Origin: Candidatus Woesearchaeota archaeon
GTDB taxonomy: Archaea > Nanobdellota > Nanobdellia > SCGC-AAA011-G17 > JACPNG01
DNA length: 32,000 bases
Direction: 5' to 3'
Assembly: GCA_016185605.1 (NCBI GenBank)
Contig: JACPNG010000022.1
Location: 2,139 to 34,138, forward strand
Positions 7,600 through 15,329 of this stretch are shown piece after piece (the first letter of the stretch is position 1; every line of letters begins with the position of its first letter). The notes under the pieces were generated by a model. That model was not told where the DNA came from. It ran no database searches and saw nothing but the letters and a program-made list of their open reading frames with translations. A program made the translations under genes and the position numbers.

Positions 7600-7932
7600 T
7601 TGAAAACGAAAATCTTTATAAATATTTTTATGAACCAAAATTTTATGAAAGATGACGAAAAGTATGAAGATCTTGGCGAGGAAGACTCAGAAGAGGAGAC
7701 AGATTTGTATTCTGAAGAGGGAAGGGAAGAATCTATCGAGGATGACGAGATAGATGAGGTAGAGGAAGGATTTATGCAGGGATATGACTCGGGAGACAGG
7801 CTAGCGAGATGCGCCTTATGCAAGAAACTGCTTACAGATGACTTTGTTGAAGAGGAGTTAAATGAAGAAATTTATAGATTCTGCAACGAAGAACATGCAG
7901 AAGCTTATAAGAAGAAAATGGAAAAAGATTAG
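7600..7932 (+). CDS. highly acidic protein with a C-terminal TRASH-like zinc-ribbon
   Basis: It has an Asp/Glu-rich region (EEDSEEETDLYSEEGREESIEDDEIDEVEE) followed by C-x2-C...(19)...FC-x3-H (CALCKK...RFCNEEHAEAY). The likely start is an internal Met at 7630 or 7645. Confidence 0.6.
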   Translation: MKTKIFINIFMNQNFMKDDEKYEDLGEEDSEEETDLYSEEGREESIEDDEIDEVEEGFMQGYDSGDRLARCALCKKLLTDDFVEEELNEEIYRFCNEEHAEAYKKKMEKD

Positions 7933-8442
7933 CTATTTATTGAATTTTAACAGTATGAATATAAAAACAATTAATAATAAAAATATTCCAAGATAATTTA
8001 TTATATCATTATTTATCCCTAAATTAGATATGTTAGATTCTTTTTTTGAGACAATTATCTCTTCTTTTATTTTGCTTTCTTCTGGAACAAAATCCTCAAG
8101 GCTTTTATTTTCCTTGTCAAAACATCTATTGTTATTACAGTTTTCATCGCATGAGCAATCTCTTTCTATGCAATTTCTCTCTAATCTTACATTTGTAATA
8201 TTATTTTCTATATGTCTAATATCCACATAAACACCGTTAAATAATTTCTCGTCATTATCGCTTATTATGCTCATTAAATTGTTTATGCATATCTTTACTT
8301 TATCATCCTTATTTGTGTCTATTATTGTTACATTCCTGTCTCTTATGAGAAAGCTGTCGCCTTCCCTTAGATCTATGGTTTCTGTGGTGGCATTAACAAA
8401 TGACCCTAGTAAAATTAATGCAATTAATATCTGCTTTATCAT
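7933..8442 (-). CDS. secreted Cys-rich protein with a C-terminal TM anchor
   Basis: 169 aa with a signal peptide (ILIALILLGSFVNA), a Cys cluster (RNCIERDCSCDENCNNNRCF) and a C-terminal TM (LGIFLLLIVFIFILL). Confidence 0.7.
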   Translation of the reverse strand: MIKQILIALILLGSFVNATTETIDLREGDSFLIRDRNVTIIDTNKDDKVKICINNLMSIISDNDEKLFNGVYVDIRHIENNITNVRLERNCIERDCSCDENCNNNRCFDKENKSLEDFVPEESKIKEEIIVSKKESNISNLGINNDIINYLGIFLLLIVFIFILLKFNK

Positions 8443-8473
8443 AACTAGAAATAAGAGGGAAAAATATATAAGA

Positions 8474-8626
8474 TTAATCTTTTAACAAGTCTATCTTCTT
8501 TTCTATGTAATTAAGTATCATATTTGTCCTGTCTAATCTGTGCAATACCAAGCAATTATCTTTTTTTGTATCATCATATGCTCTGCATTCAGAATTACAT
8601 TCCCTGTTGACAAAAGGGCATAACAT
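8474..8626 (-). CDS. 50-aa Cys-containing small protein downstream of rimK-like gene; not in the ORF track
   Basis: My translation: MLCPFVNRECNSECRAYDDTKKDNCLVLHRLDRTNMILNYIEKKIDLLKD*. A strong SD (GAGGTGGTTGG) precedes the ATG and overlaps the rimK stop. It is on the same strand as rimK, 9 nt after that stop. Confidence 0.5.
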   Translation of the reverse strand: MLCPFVNRECNSECRAYDDTKKDNCLVLHRLDRTNMILNYIEKKIDLLKD

Positions 8627-8635
8627 CCAACCACC

Positions 8636-9694
8636 TCACAACTTCTTTATTATTATCTTTCCTTTGTCTATGCTTATTACAACCTCTTCATTATCTATAA
8701 ATCCTATTGCCTTGGTTATAACCTCTGGAAGCCTTATTTTTCCAGCTTTTATCTCTATATTTGCTATAATCTCTTTTTTATTGTTTATATTTTCCAAGGC
8801 GTTATTATAGTCATTTGATGTCTTAGAAGATTTAAATAGTTTTGTATTCTCATATAAATTTTCCGCTATTAATTTTGCTATATTTTTTCCTGTGGCTTTT
8901 GAGATTCCAGTTAATCCAGGAGATAAATTAACTTCTATTACCATAGGCTTTAATCCCTCTAATAAATCAACTGCGCATATATCTGCCCCCAATGCCTTAG
9001 CAGCCTTTAATGCTATTTGTTCCATATCTGGATTAAGGGTATAATTTGCTCCTACAGCGCCCATATGGATATTTGCTCTTAGTTCATCTGGGGTTGCTTT
9101 CCTTTTCATTGCCCCCAAGATTTTATTGCCAGCTACTATAACCCTTATATCTGTTGCATTTGTTTCAATATACTCCTCAATTATGAAATGCTGTTTAAAC
9201 ACATCTAATGTGTCTAATAAAGAATTGGCAGATTGTATGGAATCAGCAAACATAACTCCTTTTCCCTGAGTGCCAGATGGAAGCTTCATAGTTATCGGGA
9301 AGTTTACTTTAGATAATATTTTTTTTGCACTGCCCACTGTTGTAGCTAGGTAAGTTGTTGGAATCGGAACTTTATTTTTTTGCAGTTCAACTAATGTAAG
9401 AAATTTGTCATGTCCTATTGTAAAGCTTCTTGGCTTTATTGGCATATAAGATTCTTCATTTAAAGATTCTGTTAATGCCCTCTGCAGCTGCATATATCTA
9501 TGGGAACCCCTTATATAGATGCAGTCATATTTTTCTATTAAATTTCCATCATACAGCACATCAAGTTTTTTTGAGGTTGCGTGAACTTCTATCTTTCTTA
9601 TATCCAGCAAATCCACTTGTTTAAAGAAAGCTTTTGCTTCTTCAGCTATCTTAGAACTGCTCTCTCCTTTAAGACTTATTATTGCCAGCTTCAT
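8636..9694 (-). CDS. rimK: RimK-family ATP-grasp alpha-L-glutamate (or related) ligase with a ~55-aa C-terminal extension
   Basis: 352 aa with an ATP-grasp layout (...KLPSGTQGKGV..., ...EEYIE...DIRVIVAG..., ...VDLLE...VIEVNLSPGL). The C-terminal ~45 aa (KAGKIRLPEVITKAIGFIDNEEVVISIDKGKIIIKKL) looks like a SpoVT/AbrB swapped-hairpin motif. Confidence 0.8.
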   Translation of the reverse strand: MKLAIISLKGESSSKIAEEAKAFFKQVDLLDIRKIEVHATSKKLDVLYDGNLIEKYDCIYIRGSHRYMQLQRALTESLNEESYMPIKPRSFTIGHDKFLTLVELQKNKVPIPTTYLATTVGSAKKILSKVNFPITMKLPSGTQGKGVMFADSIQSANSLLDTLDVFKQHFIIEEYIETNATDIRVIVAGNKILGAMKRKATPDELRANIHMGAVGANYTLNPDMEQIALKAAKALGADICAVDLLEGLKPMVIEVNLSPGLTGISKATGKNIAKLIAENLYENTKLFKSSKTSNDYNNALENINNKKEIIANIEIKAGKIRLPEVITKAIGFIDNEEVVISIDKGKIIIKKL

Positions 9695-10103
9695 CTTCTT
9701 TATACTTCTTAGAGGGGTCTATTAAAAACCCATCCTTTAATGTGTTAATTCCTATTAATACAGGATATTTCATATCTTCCCTATTTGAGAGGTTAAATTC
9801 AGTTTCTATTATTCTTCCTTTTATCTCTAATCTGGCTTTTACAACTGGCCTGACAACCTTTCCACTGGTGTTTTTTATTATAGCTGTCCTTGTTATTGGA
9901 CCAAGCTTAAGTTCAGATGCTAATTTCATGTTTATTGAATTGTGCCTTGCTCCTGTATCCATTTTAGCCAATAACTCTTTTTCCTTACTGCCTATTACTT
10001 TTATTTTTTCTATTACCCCTATAATGATTTTATCCATTTTTATAGTTAAATAAATATAATTTTTAAATATGTCTATATGACTTAATAATGTAAATAAATC
10101 CAT
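9669..10103 (-). CDS. retropepsin-like 'ATP-dependent zinc protease' domain protein (COG4067/PF05618, RimB-like)
   Basis: The motif run is IGVIEKIKV...AKMDTGARHNSI...RPVV...YPVLIGINTL..FLIDP. It overlaps the rimK start by 26 nt. The probable true start is the Met at 10037 (MDKIIIG). Confidence 0.75.
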   Translation of the reverse strand: MDLFTLLSHIDIFKNYIYLTIKMDKIIIGVIEKIKVIGSKEKELLAKMDTGARHNSINMKLASELKLGPITRTAIIKNTSGKVVRPVVKARLEIKGRIIETEFNLSNREDMKYPVLIGINTLKDGFLIDPSKKYKEDEAGNNKS

Positions 10104-10172
10104 TTATAAGGCTATTTAATAATTGAGCTGTAAATTAGCAAAACTTAAAAATTAACTAAATTCATCTATATT

Positions 10173-10523
10173 ATGAAAATAGTGCCTAAAATCTGGGGTG
10201 AAGAACACTGGATTGTCAATAATAGCAAATATTGCGGAAAAAAATTAATTCTAAAAAAAGGATATAGATGCAGCTTGCACTATCATAAAATAAAAGAAGA
10301 AACATTTTATATACAGGGCGGAAAGGTTTTAATGGAGCTAATGGACAAAAAATTTATAATGAATAAAGGAGATTTTCAAAATATTAAGCCAGGAGAATGG
10401 CACAGGTTTACTGGATTAGAGGATTCAGAGATATTTGAGTTTTCAACCCAGCATTTTGATGAAGACACTTATAGAAGAACAGAAAGTGAAAAAATAGACT
10501 TGGATAAATTAGATTTAAAATGA
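10173..10523 (+). CDS. cupin-domain protein (mannose-6-phosphate isomerase type II-like)
   Basis: 116 aa. KIWGEEHWI...G.R.SLHYH..KEETFYI..G....E......G.....G.WHRF is a cupin two-motif pattern. An ATGA overlap joins it to the next gene. Confidence 0.65.
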   Translation: MKIVPKIWGEEHWIVNNSKYCGKKLILKKGYRCSLHYHKIKEETFYIQGGKVLMELMDKKFIMNKGDFQNIKPGEWHRFTGLEDSEIFEFSTQHFDEDTYRRTESEKIDLDKLDLK

Positions 10524-11497
10524 AGAATAATTTAATTAAGATTATGAGCAAATTTAAGGAAAAAAAGATTTTGGTAATAGGAGATGTTATACTGGACAAA
10601 TATGTGTTTGGAGATGTCTCTAGAGTATCTCCAGAAGCCCCTATTCCTTTAGTGGATGTCAGCTGGGAAAATTTTGTTCCGGGCGGAGCAGCAAATGCAG
10701 CAAATAACTTAGCTAGTTTGGGAGCCCAGGCATATATTATAGGGGTAATAGGGGAGGATCAAAATGCAGTTATTCTTCTAAATAAATTAAATTCAAGAGG
10801 AATAAAAACTGATTTTATTGTTAAGGACAAAAACAGGAGAACAATATTAAAGGAAAGGATAGTTGCACGAAGCCAGCAATTATTAAGGGTTGACTATGAC
10901 ACAAAAGATATAATAAATGAGAATATTGAGAAATCCTCTATAATTAGTATAAAAAAAATTATTTCTGAGGTAGATTCTGTTATAGTTTCAGATTATGCCA
11001 AGGGATTTATAACAAAGAATATCATGGAAGAGATAATAAAATTATGCAGGAAAAACAACAAGAATTTGATTATTGATCCAAGGCCAGATAATCAATTACT
11101 TTATCAAGGGGCTACTTTAATCACCCCAAATTATGATGAAGCTAGTAAGATGGCAGAGGTATTTGGCAAAGAAGAGGATAATCTAAATTTAGTGGGAAAT
11201 AAACTGAGAAAAAAACTTAATTCTGACATCTTAATAACAAGAGGCTCAAGGGGAATGACCTTATTTAGCAAGGAGATAAAGCATTTTACCACAAAAGCAA
11301 AAGAAGTTTATGATGTTTCAGGAGCAGGCGACACTGTAGTAGCGACATTAACATTGGCTTTATCAGCCGGAGCCACTATGGAAGAAGCGATTATGCTTGC
11401 AAATTATGCAGCAGGCAATGTTGTCGGAAAATTCGGGACAGCCACAACAACTGTAATTGAGATAGAAAAGTCAATAAAGAATGATGGGGAAATTTAA
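10520..11497 (+). CDS. RfaE/HldE domain I-type sugar kinase (pfkB family; D-glycero-beta-D-manno-heptose-7-phosphate kinase-like)
   Basis: The N-terminal signature is ILVIGDVILDKYVFGDVSRVSPEAPIPL. The pfkB C-terminal motif is DVSGAGDTVVATL. Confidence 0.8.
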   Translation: MKNNLIKIMSKFKEKKILVIGDVILDKYVFGDVSRVSPEAPIPLVDVSWENFVPGGAANAANNLASLGAQAYIIGVIGEDQNAVILLNKLNSRGIKTDFIVKDKNRRTILKERIVARSQQLLRVDYDTKDIINENIEKSSIISIKKIISEVDSVIVSDYAKGFITKNIMEEIIKLCRKNNKNLIIDPRPDNQLLYQGATLITPNYDEASKMAEVFGKEEDNLNLVGNKLRKKLNSDILITRGSRGMTLFSKEIKHFTTKAKEVYDVSGAGDTVVATLTLALSAGATMEEAIMLANYAAGNVVGKFGTATTTVIEIEKSIKNDGEI

Positions 11498-11972
11498 GTT
11501 AAGAAAAGAGTTATTGGAAATTGTAAAGGATTTAAAGAAGCAAGGCAAGAAAATAGTTACAATAAATGGGAGTTTTGATATTTTACATAGCGGCCATCTA
11601 TATATCTTAGAAGAGGCAAAAAAACAAGGGGATGTATTAATTGTTGGGGTTAATTCTGACAATTCTGTTAAGAAATGGAAAAAATTAATTGGATATAAAG
11701 ACTGGAGCAAAAGGCCATTCATTCCAGAAAAATACAGAGTTAAGTTATTGGCTGGATTTGAATGCGTAGATTATATAACTATATTTAATGAAACAAATTG
11801 CATTAAATTTGTTGAGTCAATAAAGCCAAATGTTCATGTAAACGGCTCAGAATACGGCAAAGACTGCATAGAGGCCCCAACAGTAAGAAAATATGGCGGC
11901 AGGATTTATATTGTGGATAAGATAGAGGGATTGTCCACTAGTGATATAATAAAAAAAATAAAAGATAGTTAA
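11481..11972 (+). CDS. RfaE/HldE domain II-type nucleotidyltransferase (heptose-1-phosphate adenylyltransferase-like, cytidylyltransferase fold)
   Basis: The motifs are TINGSFDILHSGHLYILEEAKKQGDVLIVGVNSDNSV...RP..., then ...VDYITIF.E... and NGSEYG...GGRIYIV. It overlaps the kinase gene by 17 nt. Confidence 0.75.
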   Translation: MMGKFKLRKELLEIVKDLKKQGKKIVTINGSFDILHSGHLYILEEAKKQGDVLIVGVNSDNSVKKWKKLIGYKDWSKRPFIPEKYRVKLLAGFECVDYITIFNETNCIKFVESIKPNVHVNGSEYGKDCIEAPTVRKYGGRIYIVDKIEGLSTSDIIKKIKDS

Positions 11973-12002
11973 GCTTAAATATAAAAAAAATATGATTAAT
12001 CT

Positions 12003-13007
12003 ATGAATACAAGCCATTATACTTGGTTGTTTATTATCATAACAATACTTACAATTGTTATTTCTTTTATTCTTATAAAGCCATTTATAACAGCTGCTTT
12101 AACAGCCATAGTATTAAGCTATATATTCTATCCTTTTTACACAAGATTAGAAAATATAATAAAGAATAAAGCTTTGAGGTCTCTTGTATTATTATTAATT
12201 ATTTTTTCTATAGTATTGGCTGTTGCATTTCCAATAATAAACTTATTGGTTAATGAATCTGTTACTTTATACCATAGCGCAAATAATGCAGATATAACCA
12301 GAATATCAGATTATTTTTCTGGAATTGCTGGAGAAAATATAGACCTAAACTTTTATTATAGGGATGCGGTCAATAAAATCTCAAATAATGCCCTGACTTC
12401 ATTGTCTGATTTTATATTTACCATTCCTCATAAAGGAATAAGCCTTTTCATCATAATTTTCATGATGTATTATCTGTTTAAAGACGGAGATTATATTGTC
12501 ACTAAATTCGAGGAGAATCTTCCACTAAGAAAAAGCCATAGGGAAGTTATAATAGAAAAATTCAACCAGGTCATGTATGCAACAATTTACGGAATTATTG
12601 TCACTTCGGTTATTCAAGGTATATTAGGGACAATGGGATTATTTATTTTTAAGGTTAATTCCCCGATAATATGGGGATTGGTTATGACAATTGCTGCTAT
12701 GTTCCCTTATTTCGGCACATCTGTAGTGTGGGTTCCTGCTTCATTGATAAAAATATTTAACGGAGACATGTTCAATGGATTTGGATTATTATTATATGGA
12801 ATTTTTATTATAGGGTTAATTGATAATGTCCTAAAGCCAAAATTGATAAGCCACAAGACTCAATTGCACCCAATAATTATTTTATTGGGAGTAATAGGGG
12901 GATTAAAATTATTTGGATTTGTAGGGTTAATACTTGGTCCGGTATTATTAAGCACATTAGTCGCATTAATAGAAATCTATAATTATGAGCTTAAATCAGG
13001 AGATTAA
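12003..13007 (+). CDS. AI-2E family transporter (UPF0118/PerM)
   Basis: 334 aa, polytopic. The C-terminal block FPYFGTSVVWVPASL...IGLIDNVLKPKLIS....LHP...LLGVIGGLKLFGFVGLILGPVL is typical of PF01594. Confidence 0.8.
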   Translation: MNTSHYTWLFIIITILTIVISFILIKPFITAALTAIVLSYIFYPFYTRLENIIKNKALRSLVLLLIIFSIVLAVAFPIINLLVNESVTLYHSANNADITRISDYFSGIAGENIDLNFYYRDAVNKISNNALTSLSDFIFTIPHKGISLFIIIFMMYYLFKDGDYIVTKFEENLPLRKSHREVIIEKFNQVMYATIYGIIVTSVIQGILGTMGLFIFKVNSPIIWGLVMTIAAMFPYFGTSVVWVPASLIKIFNGDMFNGFGLLLYGIFIIGLIDNVLKPKLISHKTQLHPIIILLGVIGGLKLFGFVGLILGPVLLSTLVALIEIYNYELKSGD

Positions 13008-13008
13008 G

Positions 13009-13530
13009 ATGGACATAAAATCTATGATAAGGACAATTCCCAATTTTCCCAAGGAAGGTATAATGTTCAGGGATGTCACAACTCTGTTAAAGAATCCGAT
13101 TGGATTTAATTATGTCATAGACCAATTTGTAAAACGTTACGAGAATATTGATATTGATTATGTTGTCGGGATTGAATCCAGGGGATTTATTCTTGGGGGA
13201 GCAATAGCCCATAGATTGAATAAAGGTTTTATTCCTGTCAGAAAGCCCGGCAAACTGCCATATGATGTTGATTCTATAGAATATGAATTAGAATATGGAA
13301 TTGACAAATTGGAAATTCATTTAGATGCATTGAAAAAAGGAGATAAGGTTATTTTAATAGACGATCTCTTAGCTACTGGCGGGACAGGCAGGGCAGTGGC
13401 ACAATTAGTTGAGAAGAGGGGTGCCAAGGTTATTGAGTTTGGCTGCATTATAGAATTGCCTGAATTAAAAGGAAGAGATAAGTTGAATGGCTATCCAATC
13501 TATTCCATGATAGAGTTTGAGGGCGAATAA
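13009..13530 (+). CDS. apt: adenine phosphoribosyltransferase
   Basis: The motifs are FPKEGIMFRDVTTLL, VVGIESRGFILGGAIA and the PRPP motif VILIDDLLATGGT. I prefer the ATG at 13009 (GGAG lies 6 nt upstream and the site is 1 nt after the upstream stop) over the track start at 12985. Confidence 0.9.
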   Translation: MDIKSMIRTIPNFPKEGIMFRDVTTLLKNPIGFNYVIDQFVKRYENIDIDYVVGIESRGFILGGAIAHRLNKGFIPVRKPGKLPYDVDSIEYELEYGIDKLEIHLDALKKGDKVILIDDLLATGGTGRAVAQLVEKRGAKVIEFGCIIELPELKGRDKLNGYPIYSMIEFEGE

Positions 13531-13583
13531 TAATTATATTCTATCTCCAATAGTTTTAAAAAATATTAAGATTAGTTATTTTA

Positions 13584-14552
13584 ATGAAAATATTAGTAAT
13601 AGGAGGAGCTGGCTATATAGGAAGCCATGCTGTAAAGGAATTAGTTAATTCTCATGATATTGTAGTATATGACAATCTTGATACAGGACATAAAGAATTT
13701 GTAGATAAAAAAGCTGTTTTTGTCCAAGGAGACTTGTCAGATAATGAAAAATTAAATAATGTATTTAATGAGTATAATATAGATGCTGTGATGCATTTTG
13801 CTAATTATGCTTCTGTAGCAGAGTCTGTTAAATATCCAGACAGGTATTTCAATAATAATGTAGTTAATGGGCTTAACCTCTTAAATGCAATGATAAAGAA
13901 TGATGTCAAAAAAATTATCTTTTCCTCTTCATGCGCAATATATGGAATTCCAAATGAGATTCCAATATCAGAAAGCAGTAAATTAAATCCAATAAACCCA
14001 TATGGAGAAACTAAGCTAATGTTTGAGAGAATATTAAGATATTTTGACACAGCTTATGGCTTAAAATCAATCTCATTAAGATATTTCAATGTTGCCGGGG
14101 CATCTCCGGATTTGATTATAGGGGAAAAGCATGAAAATGAAACGCATTTAATACCTTTGATATTTGACACAATTTTAGGAAAAAAAGACCATGTTAAGAT
14201 TTATGGGGATGATTATGACACTTATGATGGGACATGCATAAGAGATTATATTCATGTATTAGATATAGCAAAGGCGCATTCAATGGCTCTAGAATATTTA
14301 AATAATAATATGCAGACAAAATCATACAATATAGGAATAGGGCAAGGCTATAGTGTAAAAGAGGTAATAGAACTCTGCAAAAATATTACAGGAAGAGAAA
14401 TTAAAACCATAATTGATAAGAGAAGGGAAGGAGATCCCCCAGTCTTAGTGGCTAATCCAGAAAGATTCAAAAAAGATGCTGGCTGGAAGGAAGAATTTAA
14501 TATTAAGGATATGATAAAACATGCATGGGAATGGCATAAAAAAATAAATTAA
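13584..14552 (+). CDS. galE: UDP-glucose 4-epimerase (NAD-dependent epimerase/dehydratase)
   Basis: The motifs are MKILVIGGAGYIGSH, the catalytic YGETKLMFE (YxxxK) and DGTCIRDYIHV. Confidence 0.85.
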   Translation: MKILVIGGAGYIGSHAVKELVNSHDIVVYDNLDTGHKEFVDKKAVFVQGDLSDNEKLNNVFNEYNIDAVMHFANYASVAESVKYPDRYFNNNVVNGLNLLNAMIKNDVKKIIFSSSCAIYGIPNEIPISESSKLNPINPYGETKLMFERILRYFDTAYGLKSISLRYFNVAGASPDLIIGEKHENETHLIPLIFDTILGKKDHVKIYGDDYDTYDGTCIRDYIHVLDIAKAHSMALEYLNNNMQTKSYNIGIGQGYSVKEVIELCKNITGREIKTIIDKRREGDPPVLVANPERFKKDAGWKEEFNIKDMIKHAWEWHKKIN

Positions 14553-14701
14553 CGCCTTCTCTTTAATGCAGCAACTAATTTACTGTCTAATTCTAATATT
14601 CTTCTTTCTAGTATAAATATTCTTCTTAATGCATATATCATCCCGGCTACTGCCCCCAAAAGAATATACAAAACTAAGACTATTGTTTGTTCAAGAGCCA
14701 T
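14549..14701 (-). CDS. 50-aa single-TM small protein; not in the ORF track
   Basis: My translation: MALEQTIVLVLYILLGAVAGMIYALRRIFILERRILELDSKLVAALKRRR*. The SD GAGAGGTGAT lies 4-5 nt upstream of the ATG. Its stop overlaps the galE stop (ttaa, convergent). Confidence 0.5.
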   Translation of the reverse strand: MALEQTIVLVLYILLGAVAGMIYALRRIFILERRILELDSKLVAALKRRR

Positions 14702-14880
14702 TATATCACCTCTCTAAAATATATATTATCTAATATAAAAAGGTTATGTTGTATTTAGATGTAATTTTTGACTCTTTCTTATTGAGGTTAAAACTTAAAA
14801 TTCTAAAGTTTTTATTTTAATTAAAATTATAGAAGAAAAGAATTTTTGAAAAATAAAGAACAATTGGATGAAATATTTAT

Positions 14881-15231
14881 CTATTTTTTAGGAATAAGAT
14901 CTATCTTCTTTTCATATGGAACTAAAGAAACTCTGTTTTGTTCTTTATCATATTTCATTAAATATAGTTGCCCCTCATACGCCATAACTACCTCATATTT
15001 CCCATTTTGATTTTGGTCCCTTATATGTACTTCAAGTTTACTTGGATCTGGATATCCTTGCTCTAAATTTTCTTCAGTAGTTATTGGATTAAATCCTTGG
15101 TTACTTCTTTCTGTAAATAACTTTAATCTTTGCTTTAAGTCCATATCTTCAGGCTTTGTATCACATCCAGCTATACCTAGAGATAATGCTCCTACCAATA
15201 AAATCATTGTTAAAGGTTTTTTTGTTTTCAT
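14881..15231 (-). CDS. putative lipoprotein
   Basis: 116 aa with a signal peptide and lipobox (LVGALSLGIAGCDT). Confidence 0.7.
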   Translation of the reverse strand: MKTKKPLTMILLVGALSLGIAGCDTKPEDMDLKQRLKLFTERSNQGFNPITTEENLEQGYPDPSKLEVHIRDQNQNGKYEVVMAYEGQLYLMKYDKEQNRVSLVPYEKKIDLIPKK

Positions 15232-15329
15232 CTTAATCTTATAAATAAGATAAATTTACGTATTTATAAGTCTTTCGGTTAATTTACTACTTAAAAGTTA
15301 ATAATATATTTTCAACAAACTCAACCATT

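Noticed and set aside
7587-7823. 78-aa Ser-rich minus-strand ORF.
   Set aside because: It is the antisense mirror of the Glu/Asp-rich region of ORF 7600..7932 (GAA/GAG read as TTC/CTC give Ser/Leu/Phe runs). It also overlaps the dph6 start.
8030-10053. Plus-strand ORFs 8030..8230, 8267..8485, 8607..8810, 9430..9624 and 9682..10053.
   Set aside because: All are antisense to longer minus-strand genes with recognisable family motifs (Cys-rich secreted protein, RimK, retropepsin-like). They are hydrophobic AT-rich-frame artefacts.
12985-13008. Upstream ATG start for apt, overlapping the AI-2E transporter gene.
   Set aside because: The ATG at 13009 has GGAG 6 nt upstream and gives the usual Apt N-terminus. 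The extra 8 aa (MSLNQEIK) lie within the preceding gene's 3' end. The upstream start is not excluded, only less likely.
15238-15270. Perfect 10-nt inverted repeat CTTATAAATA-(13 nt)-TATTTATAAG between secD and the lipoprotein gene.
   Set aside because: Each arm is itself a TATA-box-like sequence in a very AT-rich spacer. The distal arm sits about 30-39 nt upstream of the lipoprotein ATG. It is most simply a promoter or terminator region, and chance palindromy is plausible.
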